A stretch of DNA of 64,000 bases from assembly GCA_964389805.1 (NCBI GenBank), contig CAYMFU010000019.1:5679-69678 (forward strand), written 5' to 3'. Origin of the DNA: an uncultured Roseivirgaceae bacterium. Its GTDB lineage: Bacteria; Bacteroidota; Bacteroidia; Cytophagales; Cyclobacteriaceae. Below, one piece after another: positions 1 through 9,652 of this stretch. How positions within the stretch are numbered: the first letter of the stretch is position 1; every line of letters starts with the position of its first letter. Both the position numbers and the translations under genes were made by a program. The notes under the pieces are model-generated. The model worked only from the letters and a program-made list of their open reading frames with translations. It had not been told where the DNA came from and searched no databases.

Positions 1-100
1 AGTCCCATACGTATATGCCTTTACCCTTTACGAGTGTGACGGGTAATCGACGGTATAAGTCAAAATGATAGGACTTTTCCAACTCTTGTGTTGAATCCAT
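1..100 (-). CDS. class-III PLP aminotransferase (acetylornithine/ornithine aminotransferase-like), first 33 codons only; gene runs off the window
   Basis: ATG at 98-100 on the minus strand. It reads MDSTQELEKSYHFDLYRRLPVTLVKGKGIYVWD, which resembles the usual N-terminal Y-x-R-x-P-V...G-x-G-x-x-x-W-D opening of class-III aminotransferases. Absent from the ORF track because it is truncated. Confidence 0.5.
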   Translation of the reverse strand, partial: MDSTQELEKSYHFDLYRRLPVTLVKGKGIYVWD

Positions 101-112
101 AAGGCAAAATAT

Positions 113-2167
113 TTATCCAATTCTAAAAGTTAGCCAGTCGGCTACAATGTTTAATCCTTCCCTTAAGTATGCATCTTCAACTTCACTTTCTTCAAAAATT
201 ACTTCATCGGTCTCACCTTCCCGAAGTGTTCCATATAATTCTTCTCTATCTGCATTCAGTTGCTCGAGTTCTTCCTGCTTATTTTTTCTTTTTTCCATGT
301 TCAAACTTAACTCCGCAAGTTCCTGCATTTTCTTAAAGTCTTCATTTTGATTAATCAACTCGATAAGATAGGGATCCTCCTTCAATCGTTTTTCATGTTC
401 CCTTGCCAGTTTACGAATGATTTGATCATCAATGGAATTCATAGTTTTGAATTTCGATGATTTGATCTGGTCCCATGGAAGGGCACTGGGAAGGGCACTT
501 TCACCAAATTCCTCAGCACTGAATCTTGAGGGTAATTCAACATCCGGAGTGACACCTTTATTCTGAGTACTGCTTCCTGTTACCCTGTAAAACTTTGCTA
601 TGGTCATTTTGACCTGACCGGGTTTTTCTTCCCATGACGGCAGAAACCGGTCAATATCCAAAAGGTTTTGAACTGTCCCTTTACCATAGGATTGTTCCCC
701 TATGACTACACCTCTTCTATAATCCTGGATAGCCCCTGAAAATATTTCAGATGCGGAAGCTGAAAACCGGTTGATCAAAACTCCAAGAGGGCCATCGTAA
801 TACAATTTGTCATCTTCATCTTCCTGTACCTCTACCTTGCCGGTAGTATTTTTTATCTGTACTATCGGTCCATCTGGAATAAACAGACCGGTAAGTTCAA
901 TGGCTTCTGCTAGCGAACCGCCACCATTATTTCTTAAATCGAGCAAGATGGCATCAATGCTATCATTTTCTAAATTGGTCAGTAATCTTTTTACGTCCTT
1001 TGTAGTGCTTTTATAGTCAGGATCTCCCCGTCTGACTCCTTCAAAATCAAGGTAAAATGAAGGTATTGTAATCACTCCAATACGGTAGGGCTTGCTTCCC
1101 CGGTAGATGGTCATAACCTCTTCTGTAGGAGCGGCTTCTTCAATCTTTATCTTATCTCTCACAAGGGAAATTTCTACCGGTTTTGCTGCTTGTCCATCTT
1201 CACCTTTCAAAATCTTCAGACGTATTGTTGATCCCTTGGGGCCGCGAATGATCTTAACCGCTTCGTCCAGTCTCCAACCAATAATATCAACCCATTCTCC
1301 GTCATCCCCCTGAGCAACACCCACGATCCGATCGTCTTTCACAATAAGTTTGCTTTTAAATGCAGGCCCACCTGGTAATATTTTAGCGACTTTGGTATAT
1401 TCATTATCAGATTGTAAGCTGGCGCCAATTCCCTCCAGACTCTGACTCATCCCAATCATAAAGTTGTCATAAGTTATTGGCAGGAAATAATTTGTATGCG
1501 GATCAAAGACTTCAGAAATTGAATTCATATAAATCTGAAAAACATCATCGCTTTTTAATTTTACCAGCCAATTGAGGAGATTTTCATACCTCTTAGTAAG
1601 GTTTTCATCAACTTTATCTTCTTCTGTATCGTTTAGAATCCTGGTCAGTTTTTCATTTTTAACATATTTTCTCCAGTATTTATCCAACTCTTCATTGTTC
1701 TTGGCCCAGTCTGTGTTCTTGCGATCAATTACGATCACATCATTCTTGGCATAATCAAAATCTTCCTGAATTAATTGAATTGCATATTCATTCCTTGTTT
1801 TATATCTGGCTTGAAATACATTATAAATTTCAAAAGCTGCACTAAGATCGCCGGCCCGCAGATCATCATCCATGCTGTATCTGTATTTCTGAAACTTATC
1901 GATATCTTCCTGGAGGAAGTAGATCTTATTTGGATCAAAACCATTTACATAATTATCGAAGATGACGGATGATAATGAATCATTGATCTGTATTTTCCTG
2001 AAATGATATTTTTCAAGAATTGTGGATACAACCATGCTGACCTTTTTCTGATGATCAGTTGGCATTAATATTCCTGAATCATTATCATTCGTGTGACTGC
2101 TTGTGACAATCGATATTAACAGAACCACCAATGGCAGTATTAATCGTCTCATTTTATAATTATTCAT
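113..2167 (-). CDS. carboxy-terminal processing / tail-specific protease (peptidase S41)
   Basis: LDLRNNGGGSL, SASASEIFSGAIQDY and YGKGTVQ motifs typical of S41 proteases. Start moved to MNNYKMRRLILPLVVLLISIV (signal peptide); MRRL at 2152 is an alternative. Confidence 0.9.
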   Translation of the reverse strand: MNNYKMRRLILPLVVLLISIVTSSHTNDNDSGILMPTDHQKKVSMVVSTILEKYHFRKIQINDSLSSVIFDNYVNGFDPNKIYFLQEDIDKFQKYRYSMDDDLRAGDLSAAFEIYNVFQARYKTRNEYAIQLIQEDFDYAKNDVIVIDRKNTDWAKNNEELDKYWRKYVKNEKLTRILNDTEEDKVDENLTKRYENLLNWLVKLKSDDVFQIYMNSISEVFDPHTNYFLPITYDNFMIGMSQSLEGIGASLQSDNEYTKVAKILPGGPAFKSKLIVKDDRIVGVAQGDDGEWVDIIGWRLDEAVKIIRGPKGSTIRLKILKGEDGQAAKPVEISLVRDKIKIEEAAPTEEVMTIYRGSKPYRIGVITIPSFYLDFEGVRRGDPDYKSTTKDVKRLLTNLENDSIDAILLDLRNNGGGSLAEAIELTGLFIPDGPIVQIKNTTGKVEVQEDEDDKLYYDGPLGVLINRFSASASEIFSGAIQDYRRGVVIGEQSYGKGTVQNLLDIDRFLPSWEEKPGQVKMTIAKFYRVTGSSTQNKGVTPDVELPSRFSAEEFGESALPSALPWDQIKSSKFKTMNSIDDQIIRKLAREHEKRLKEDPYLIELINQNEDFKKMQELAELSLNMEKRKNKQEELEQLNADREELYGTLREGETDEVIFEESEVEDAYLREGLNIVADWLTFRIG

Positions 2168-2285
2168 TCTGTAAAAGAAATTTATCCTTGAATTTAAACG
2201 AATATATGCTTCTATTGATATAACAAATGTTATAATTGTTACTATAATCAACAAAAATGCCAGATTTTTTTGACAATTCAGGAAA

Positions 2286-2903
2286 ATGGATGTAAAAATG
2301 CTCAATAGTGCACTGGGAAATGCTGACCTGATCCTGGTCGATCAGATCCTAAAGAACCGATTCCACAAACAGATGAGGATACTGGATGCCGGATGCGGGG
2401 AAGGGCGCAATATGGTTTATTTCATTAAAAATGATTTCAGGATTTACGGTATTGATGCCAATGTAGATGCCGTAAAATTAGCTAAATTATATTGCAGGTC
2501 ATTGAACAATACTTTCGAGGTTGAGAACATTCAAAATTTTGCCATTGAACAAAATCCGTTTCCCGATCACTTTTTCGATGCCATCATCTGCCTAAATGTC
2601 TTACACTCAGCCAAAAACCAGAATGATTTTTTTCATTGGTTCGGTCAATTGATCAGAATGCTTAATTCCGGAGGGTTTCTACTACTTTCACTGCAAAGTC
2701 AAATTGGGGTAAGCCAGAATCATCAACAAGATGATCCTAAAGGTAGAAATAATATGGGAAATGAAATTTTCTACCTTCTAACAGAGAATGTACTCCAAGA
2801 GATCCTTAAACTTGACAATCTAAAGACTATAGAAAATACAAAGACTATATTGATTGATAATAAAAAAAGCCACACTTATCTTTTCCTGGAAAGGTCTGAT
2901 TAA
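2286..2903 (+). CDS. class I SAM-dependent methyltransferase
   Basis: ILDAGCGEGRN motif I, followed by the acidic loop IYGIDAN and FDAIICLNVLH. Confidence 0.8.
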   Translation: MDVKMLNSALGNADLILVDQILKNRFHKQMRILDAGCGEGRNMVYFIKNDFRIYGIDANVDAVKLAKLYCRSLNNTFEVENIQNFAIEQNPFPDHFFDAIICLNVLHSAKNQNDFFHWFGQLIRMLNSGGFLLLSLQSQIGVSQNHQQDDPKGRNNMGNEIFYLLTENVLQEILKLDNLKTIENTKTILIDNKKSHTYLFLERSD

Positions 2904-3181
2904 TTTTCAGTCATATGATGGTGGTGCTCTTTTTTCAATTCATCCAGGATCATTAAGGCAATTTCTTCCTTTTTATTCAATATTCTTGGATCTTTTTCAA
3001 TAGAACAAATCGAAGGATTTGTGCCACACTGAAATGCTTCCAGGTAATACTCTCCGGTAGACTCCCAAAGAATATCTGATAACGGGGCCTGGTCATCTTC
3101 TTTAAATTGAACGGAAGTAAGGGTAATCTCTTTTAGTTCCTCAAAATTTTTAACTCTTAAAAAAATCTGTATACTTTTCAT
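2900..3181 (-). CDS. hypothetical small protein (93 aa) with C-terminal HHHH
   Basis: Only long ORF in this interval and no family recognised. Its stop overlaps the convergent methyltransferase stop in a TTAA tetranucleotide. Confidence 0.4.
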   Translation of the reverse strand: MKSIQIFLRVKNFEELKEITLTSVQFKEDDQAPLSDILWESTGEYYLEAFQCGTNPSICSIEKDPRILNKKEEIALMILDELKKEHHHHMTEN

Positions 3182-3293
3182 ACTTCATCTTTTACTCCAA
3201 CAAAAGATAGTATTTGTATCATATATTATTTTTAATTTACAATTAATTATTATTTGAAGCAACATAATCAGTCTACTTAATTTTTTAGAAAAT

Positions 3294-3725
3294 ATGAATT
3301 CAAAAAGAATAGCTCTTGTGGCCCATGATCATAAAAAAAAGGCCATGTTAAGCTGGGCAGAAACGAACAAAGAGAAACTTCAAGCCCACACACTATATGC
3401 TACCGGAACAACGGGGAAAATATTGGAAAAGGCTCTTAATATGAAAATTGCAAAGCTGAAAAGTGGCCCACTTGGTGGAGATCAGCAGATAGGGGCACTC
3501 ATCGCTGACCAGAAAATTGATATTCTGTTTTTCTTCTGGGATCCTCTTGAACCACAACCTCATGACCCGGATGTGAAAGCCTTGCTTCGACTGGCTGTTG
3601 TATGGAATATCCCGGTAGCGAGCAATATCGCTTCAGCTGATTTCTTAATTAATTCCCCCCTTTTTGAAGGAAGTTACATTCGTGAGGTTCCAAATTTTAC
3701 GGATTATTTGAACCGGCCAACCTAA
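3294..3725 (+). CDS. mgsA: methylglyoxal synthase
   Basis: IALVAHDHKK, YATGTTG, GPLGGDQQIGA and PHDPDVKALLRLA are hallmark MgsA motifs. The 143-aa length fits. Confidence 0.93.
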   Translation: MNSKRIALVAHDHKKKAMLSWAETNKEKLQAHTLYATGTTGKILEKALNMKIAKLKSGPLGGDQQIGALIADQKIDILFFFWDPLEPQPHDPDVKALLRLAVVWNIPVASNIASADFLINSPLFEGSYIREVPNFTDYLNRPT

Positions 3726-3757
3726 TGTATAACCTGAGGGGGAATGATTATTACATT

Positions 3758-5497
3758 CTAATATAAGATCCTGTATACGGGGTATTGTCTATACGATTTT
3801 TCAAAGTACTCCGAACGCTTGTATATATAATCTAACTGCGCCCTGGAATTGTTTCCAAAATTCTTATCCAGGCGCCTTTTTTCATCCAGGGAATCTTTTA
3901 ACCATGGATTTTCACTTAGGATCCTCTCAGCTGTATCTTCAAATATATAATCCGAAAAATATTCTTTCTGTTGAAGGATCGGATCAAAAAAATTCCATTT
4001 AAAAAATGAATCTTCCCCTTGCGGCTCAAGGGATTCAATTATATACCGCATGCCCCTTTGTGTAACAGGCACATAATAATCGCCCTTCTTTACCTTAACC
4101 TGCATTACTACCGGTTTCAAAATGGTGCCGTAATGAGGGTAATGTCCTTCGTAAGGACTTTGATAGGTCTTGAAGTCTTCAATGTAATAGGTTTCTACGG
4201 TAAGGAGGGTGTCTGCCAGGTACCTGCTGAAAGTAATATTATTTACTTCGAGATGTTTTATTACCTTATCCCATGCCTGACTGATCACGTATGCTTTGGG
4301 AACCGTAATTGACTTGTTTACAAGCAGTTTATTATAATAAGGGATTTTGATCTCATAGGGATGTTCGCGATCGTACTTCAGGCGCTTCCCGCCTGTCACC
4401 TTACTATCAATTGTACTGGCCTGATACCCTTTAAAAAGAATTGTGTCTGATTCTGTATGGTCTTGATCCCAGCCTAATACATATTTATCTGCCTCCATAA
4501 TATTTGCCCGGTCTATTTCCCGAATTGATCTGATGAGGTCCTTATTGGCTACTCCATTCTCCAGTATTGAAATAAGAAACTGATAGGTAACCTGTACTCT
4601 TTCCTTAAATGATTTTAGCATATGGGCTTCTGACATATAGCCAATAGTCTGAAACAGTGCAGTATATCCGGTAGAAAACCTGGGATAATCAAAGAATTGC
4701 CCATATCCTTTATCTGGAGTCTTGCCATAAATATTTACAAAAGGGCTCATCTCATATCCATTCTTTTTCATGGATTCAAATAAAGAAGGCGTGAATTTCT
4801 CTTTCATGAACTGTCCAAGCTTTCCTCCCATTTTCTGGGGATGTGTATCCAGGCAAGTCATTATATATTGATAATCCGCTCCATTGGATGTATGTGTATC
4901 AACAAATATTTCCGGATCGAAGCGTTGAAAATATTCCACAAATGAAATGGTATTTTTTGCGTCCATCTTGATAAAGTCCCTGTTCAGATCCAGATTTTTT
5001 GCATTTCCCCGGAAGCCATAAGCCTCGGGACCATTTTGATTGGCGCGACTGAATGATCCTCTCATTAGTCCACCTCCTACATTATAGAATGGAATTATCG
5101 CCAGGCTAATTGTTCCTGAGATCTCACCCAAAATTTTTCCAGAGGCAAGATCACGAACCAGCATCATGGAGGCATCCACCCCGGCAGGTTCACCAGGATG
5201 GATTGCATTTAGTATTAAAATCTTTATTTTATTTTTGGTTGGAGATTCTGTCCTCCCGTTAAAGTTGAATGCGACAACATGTAAAGGATATCCACTATCC
5301 GTCTTTCCAATTTCCTCGATTTGTATCAATCGATTTTGGTCGGCTAAAGACTTGTAATATTCGATGCATTCAAAGTAAGTAGAAGTTGCACGCCCTTCCG
5401 ATTTTTCAAAGGGTGTAATATTCTTTTTCTGTGCAAAGGAATATAGTGCAAGGAGCCACAGCACCGTAGAAATCAGAATAGGTTTAATCCAAGTCAT
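3758..5497 (-). CDS. M14-family zinc carboxypeptidase, secreted
   Basis: LNAIHPGEPAG (HxxE zinc site) and NLDLNRDF. Start moved to MTWIKPILISTVLWLLALYSFAQ (signal peptide); the longer track ORF would overlap the LOG gene. Confidence 0.8.
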   Translation of the reverse strand: MTWIKPILISTVLWLLALYSFAQKKNITPFEKSEGRATSTYFECIEYYKSLADQNRLIQIEEIGKTDSGYPLHVVAFNFNGRTESPTKNKIKILILNAIHPGEPAGVDASMMLVRDLASGKILGEISGTISLAIIPFYNVGGGLMRGSFSRANQNGPEAYGFRGNAKNLDLNRDFIKMDAKNTISFVEYFQRFDPEIFVDTHTSNGADYQYIMTCLDTHPQKMGGKLGQFMKEKFTPSLFESMKKNGYEMSPFVNIYGKTPDKGYGQFFDYPRFSTGYTALFQTIGYMSEAHMLKSFKERVQVTYQFLISILENGVANKDLIRSIREIDRANIMEADKYVLGWDQDHTESDTILFKGYQASTIDSKVTGGKRLKYDREHPYEIKIPYYNKLLVNKSITVPKAYVISQAWDKVIKHLEVNNITFSRYLADTLLTVETYYIEDFKTYQSPYEGHYPHYGTILKPVVMQVKVKKGDYYVPVTQRGMRYIIESLEPQGEDSFFKWNFFDPILQQKEYFSDYIFEDTAERILSENPWLKDSLDEKRRLDKNFGNNSRAQLDYIYKRSEYFEKSYRQYPVYRILY

Positions 5498-5543
5498 TTC
5501 AATAATCCGCTTGTACTTTGAATTCCGGAGATTAGTATGCTGG

Positions 5544-6119
5544 TCAGGTTTTCTCGATCCATTTGGTATCCTCAAACACAGGTGCATTCTTTATTGTATT
5601 AATAATATTTTCAGGATCTTTACTTGACAAGAGTATATCACGGTTATTTTTCTTTAGGAAACCTGCTGCAACCATATTATCAAGCATGTCAAGGAATTGA
5701 TCATAGAAGCCGTTTATGTTCAATAAGCCAATTGGTTTCCTGATTAGTTTCAATTGGATCCAGGTCAGTATTTCCCCCATCTCTTCAAGTGTCCCGAAAC
5801 CACCAGGCAAGGCCAGAAAACCATCAGAGATTTCTGCCATTTTTTGTTTCCTTTCGTGCATTGATTCCACGATTATTAATTCAGTTACGTTGTCATGGCC
5901 TACCTCGAGATCATAAAGGAATCTTGGAATGACGCCAATGACTTTTCCATTCATGGATAGGATCTTGTCGGCCAGTACACCCATGATCCCTATACTTCCA
6001 CCCCCATATACCATTGTAAGACCTTCATTTACAATAATCTCAGCGAGTTCCAATGCGGAATTTTCATAAACAGGATCATTCCCTTTGCTTGAACCACAAA
6101 ATATGCATAAATGCTTCAT
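5544..6119 (-). CDS. LOG-family protein (TIGR00730-type nucleotide 5'-monophosphate N-glycosidase / cytokinin-riboside phosphoribohydrolase-like)
   Basis: VYGGGSIGIMG and LPGGFGTLEE signature motifs; 191 aa. Confidence 0.88.
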   Translation of the reverse strand: MKHLCIFCGSSKGNDPVYENSALELAEIIVNEGLTMVYGGGSIGIMGVLADKILSMNGKVIGVIPRFLYDLEVGHDNVTELIIVESMHERKQKMAEISDGFLALPGGFGTLEEMGEILTWIQLKLIRKPIGLLNINGFYDQFLDMLDNMVAAGFLKKNNRDILLSSKDPENIINTIKNAPVFEDTKWIEKT

Positions 6120-6216
6120 TGTGTCAGATGTTTTTATATTTAAAATACTGCTTCAAAATAGCTTTTATCTTTCTTATAAAAAAAATTTACGGATATTTAC
6201 TGACAAAATTTTTATT

Positions 6217-6969
6217 ATGGAATGGTATGAGGTTTTGCTTATTATCTCAGTAGGATTTATTGCAGGTTTCCTGAATACCATAGCTGGTGGCGGATCCTTA
6301 ATTACTTTACCCATTCTAATATTTCTTGGTTTGCCTCCTGCCGTTGCGAATGGTACCAACAGGATCGCAATTTTCTCTCAAAACATTTTTGGAGTACTTG
6401 GCTTTAAATCAAAAGGGGTATCTGATTTTCCTTATAGCATTTCTCTCGGGATATCAGCTTTTATCGGGGCTATAATTGGAGCCAGGATTGCGGTGGATAT
6501 ACCAGGAGATTTATTTAATAAAATACTGGCTGTATTAATTGTCATTATCGTCTTATTCCCTATTCTAAATAGGAAACCAAAAGATACCGGTAAGGTCATT
6601 GAAAGGACTGGAATAAAATATCGGATTATTGGGATAATTGCGTTTTTCTTCGTTGGCATCTATGGGGGATTTATCCAGGCAGGAGTAGGTTTTATCATAA
6701 TCGCAGCACTTACGATAATTAACAGGTTTAGCCTTGTCAAAACCAACAGTATTAAGGTTTTTGTTGTTCTGATATACACAATTTCAGCGCTTTTTATTTT
6801 TATCATCGAAGGAAAGGTTCATTGGGGTTATGGTCTCACCCTGGCCGTAGGCAACTCATCCGGTAGTTGGATAGCCAGCCGCCTATCCGTGAGAAAGGGA
6901 GATAACTGGGTGAAATGGTTCATAGTTGTAACAGTAGTAGCTCTTGCAGTTAAACTTTGGTTATTTTAA
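6217..6969 (+). CDS. TauE/SafE (DUF81) family anion exporter membrane protein
   Basis: Polytopic hydrophobic protein with FLNTIAGGGS and PxxANGTN motifs repeated in a two-half architecture. Start moved to MEWYEVLL at 6217. Confidence 0.8.
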   Translation: MEWYEVLLIISVGFIAGFLNTIAGGGSLITLPILIFLGLPPAVANGTNRIAIFSQNIFGVLGFKSKGVSDFPYSISLGISAFIGAIIGARIAVDIPGDLFNKILAVLIVIIVLFPILNRKPKDTGKVIERTGIKYRIIGIIAFFFVGIYGGFIQAGVGFIIIAALTIINRFSLVKTNSIKVFVVLIYTISALFIFIIEGKVHWGYGLTLAVGNSSGSWIASRLSVRKGDNWVKWFIVVTVVALAVKLWLF

Positions 6970-7116
6970 AACAAGCTTTTACAATTAAATGAAAAAGCTC
7001 TATAAATTGATTTACTTTGTGCTGCGAAAATATATAGATTGATTTTTTTGAAAATAAAATAATTAATTCGCAAAATTTGTTTAATAACCTAAGCACTAAA
7101 TAAAAAGACTAGAATC

Positions 7117-7482
7117 ATGAATGTCAGGGGGAAAATATTTGAGATCTATGATGTAAGCAAGGTAAGCGAATCATTCCGCAAGCGGGAGTTCGTAATAGAA
7201 TTCAAGGAAAATCCGCAATATCCCGAATACCTGAAATTTGAACTGATACAGGATAAATGCGATCTTCTCAACAACTTTAAAGTGGGTAGTTTTGTAGAGG
7301 TTTATTTTAATTTAAAAGGAAGGTCATGGACTAATCCGAAAGGGGAGAAAGTATATTTTAACTCTTTGCAAGCCTGGCGCCTTGAGCCAATAGAGGGGAG
7401 TAACGAAGCACAGCCTGAATATCAGCCCCCAATGGGTGATGACCTGGCTTCATTTACCGAAGAGGATGAGTTGCCTTTCTAA
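7117..7482 (+). CDS. DUF3127 domain protein with acidic SSB-like C-terminal tip
   Basis: The N-terminal roughly 95 aa (GKIFEI...FRKREFVIE...YPEYLKFEL..DKCDLL..FKVGSFVEVYFNLKGRSW...YFNSLQAWRLE) matches my memory of the Bacteroidota DUF3127 family. The tail ends EEDELPF. Confidence 0.75.
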   Translation: MNVRGKIFEIYDVSKVSESFRKREFVIEFKENPQYPEYLKFELIQDKCDLLNNFKVGSFVEVYFNLKGRSWTNPKGEKVYFNSLQAWRLEPIEGSNEAQPEYQPPMGDDLASFTEEDELPF

Positions 7483-7512
7483 TCTCAGATAAAAAGGATT
7501 TTTTACGCTGCT

Positions 7513-9636
7513 CTATCTTTTCAATATATACCAAAGGGTTTTATGCTGGGCACCGATCAATATAGTTCGCTTTCTCCAGGACCTGTATACAGGTATTTCT
7601 TCGATAACTTTCCCGGAAGGATCAAGGGCAAAGGCCTTAAACGGATCAGTTTTTTCTATAGAAATCCTGGCAGGAATCCCTTCCGCAACTGTGGGGGATT
7701 CCCCCCAATCAGAACCGACAGTCTTAAAATTCTCATCCCATCCCATATTCGTATTTTCAACCCTGCCCGCTGCAACCAGTAATACTTTTGACGATTTCTC
7801 TACTGGCGTTCCATCTAAAGATGTTAGTACAATGGTTGCCCAGTTATACGGTGTTGTATCCATAGCCACAGTAACATTCCCCAGGGATATCTCCTTGCCA
7901 CCGATATATCCAACAGCAGCTTTTACCATTTCACTATTGATCGTAAATACAGATTCTACAGAATCCACGTTATTCCAGTAAAGCTCACCCGTCTCACTAA
8001 TCCATGCCCCATCAGGTTCAGCTATGGGTTCTGAAAGTCCTACATCAGTACCCTGAATGTTCACCTCCATAGGATGTAATAGGGTTAAGGCTTTTGGAGC
8101 TCCGGCTTTTTCCCAGATATAATTCATGTTTGATCCATGCAATCGTAATTGATGACCTGATTCTACCAGTTCATCCAGCAGATTATCTTTTGATAAATTT
8201 AGGTAAACCCGATGATCTCCAGGTTTAACTCCATTCATCCTGAAGATTGTGGATCCCACTGGAATAAAGATCTGTTTCAAGGGATGACCGGCACTGGAAA
8301 AAAAGCCTGTTATCTGTCCTTTGTCCCATGGGCCATTAAATGTAAAATGATATATCCCATCCCAATCCTGAAAAGATGCAACAGCATTAAGCATGGGATA
8401 CATTTCAGCACAATAATAATTTGGTGCCGGATGATCATATTCGCTGATCGTTAATGGCATGCCAGCCACCCTGTGCTGTCCAAACCTGGCAAGGGTTCCC
8501 GCTTTTTTATCTGATACCATGGATGAATTCCTGATTAACCAGTCCGTCCTTGACCAACTGGTACCTGGGAACCTGGGATGTTCCCAATAGGCATGCATAT
8601 CCATGAAATCAGAATAGGTTGCTTCCCTGAATACTCCTGCAATCCCGCTATAGGATCCCTGAGAGTCAGCTATTAATGATTGTGCATTAAGGTCGTTCCT
8701 GACATATCCAATCAGTTCAGATGCATAACTCATTTCCGTATCTAGCAGAAATTTCCAGAACAATTTCTTCTGCTCCTGTGTTGTTTTATCTTCATATCCT
8801 TCGATAATTGTAAAAAGATCGGGCATTTCCTCGCCTGTTGCATTTGAACTAAGCCAGCCATTCCATTGGTTTAACAAAGATGTCCTGTGATCACCTTTAA
8901 GCTGGACTAGTTGTTTCCAGTTAGAAAGCAGGGAATTTTCATTGTTTATTTCAATGAAGGCAACAGCCGGTTCTTCTAGGTAATTAGTTCCAGTGTAAGG
9001 ATTTACATGCGTCAGAAGATCGCGGGCATAATCTTTCTGCATATCGATATAAGGCCTGTAAAAATGATCTAAGGTCTTACCAAATCTGAACTGACTTACT
9101 TCAGTTTCCATTCCCGGATAGTTCCTGGATACATGAAGGTTTATATTTGTATAAACGCCATGCAGTTTCAACTGGTATATCAGCCAATCCAGCTTATCTA
9201 CCTGATCCATATCGAAATTCACCATAGATTCATCCCATATTCCAGCGGGCGATTGTCGCATATCCATATGATGAAACCTCACGACATTCATACCCATCTT
9301 ACTCAATTGTGCTGCTATCTTTTGAGCAACATCCTTTTCCGGGAAACATGAACTGAATGTTAAGTTGGTACCAAAAAACCGGATATTTTTGCCCGTCCCA
9401 TCAATGAAATGTCCATTTTGAACTTTTACAAAACCATGTTTTCCAGCCTCTCCGGGATTGAGAAAAGATAAACTGATCTCATTTCCTGCAGTATCCAGAT
9501 CCTTAACTACAAACTCAAACCAGCCATACTCTGGGATTTGTTCCGGATATGGATCACAGGAGAATACTATAACTGTTAAAAACCCAAACATAAAGGTTCG
9601 GCCAATGCAAAACGCATTAAAAAATATACCTCTCAT
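7513..9636 (-). CDS. clan GH-A (GH5-like) glycoside hydrolase, lipoprotein
   Basis: Signal peptide with Cys (LTVIVFSC). VVRFHHMD, NINLH, FIEINNENS (acid/base NE) and TISEYDHP (candidate nucleophile) fit a (beta/alpha)8 GH5-type fold. The C-terminal roughly 250 aa is unassigned. Confidence 0.6.
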   Translation of the reverse strand: MRGIFFNAFCIGRTFMFGFLTVIVFSCDPYPEQIPEYGWFEFVVKDLDTAGNEISLSFLNPGEAGKHGFVKVQNGHFIDGTGKNIRFFGTNLTFSSCFPEKDVAQKIAAQLSKMGMNVVRFHHMDMRQSPAGIWDESMVNFDMDQVDKLDWLIYQLKLHGVYTNINLHVSRNYPGMETEVSQFRFGKTLDHFYRPYIDMQKDYARDLLTHVNPYTGTNYLEEPAVAFIEINNENSLLSNWKQLVQLKGDHRTSLLNQWNGWLSSNATGEEMPDLFTIIEGYEDKTTQEQKKLFWKFLLDTEMSYASELIGYVRNDLNAQSLIADSQGSYSGIAGVFREATYSDFMDMHAYWEHPRFPGTSWSRTDWLIRNSSMVSDKKAGTLARFGQHRVAGMPLTISEYDHPAPNYYCAEMYPMLNAVASFQDWDGIYHFTFNGPWDKGQITGFFSSAGHPLKQIFIPVGSTIFRMNGVKPGDHRVYLNLSKDNLLDELVESGHQLRLHGSNMNYIWEKAGAPKALTLLHPMEVNIQGTDVGLSEPIAEPDGAWISETGELYWNNVDSVESVFTINSEMVKAAVGYIGGKEISLGNVTVAMDTTPYNWATIVLTSLDGTPVEKSSKVLLVAAGRVENTNMGWDENFKTVGSDWGESPTVAEGIPARISIEKTDPFKAFALDPSGKVIEEIPVYRSWRKRTILIGAQHKTLWYILKR

Positions 9637-9652
9637 TTTTTTATTGTTTTAT

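Noticed and set aside
2168-2305. N-terminal extension of the S41 protease ORF (MSIFTSIFLNCQ...), which overlaps the methyltransferase start
   Set aside because: The signal peptide begins at the internal MNNYKMRRLILPL. The extension is hydrophobic junk overlapping the divergent promoter and gene.
5498-5587. Upstream extension of the M14 carboxypeptidase ORF, overlapping the LOG gene 3' end
   Set aside because: A clean signal peptide starts at MTWIKPIL (5497). The extension would require a 44-nt overlap with LOG.
6085-6216. Upstream extension of the TauE ORF, overlapping the LOG start
   Set aside because: The family-typical opening MEWYEVLLIISVGFIAGFLNTIAGGGS begins at 6217. The extension lies in the divergent promoter region.
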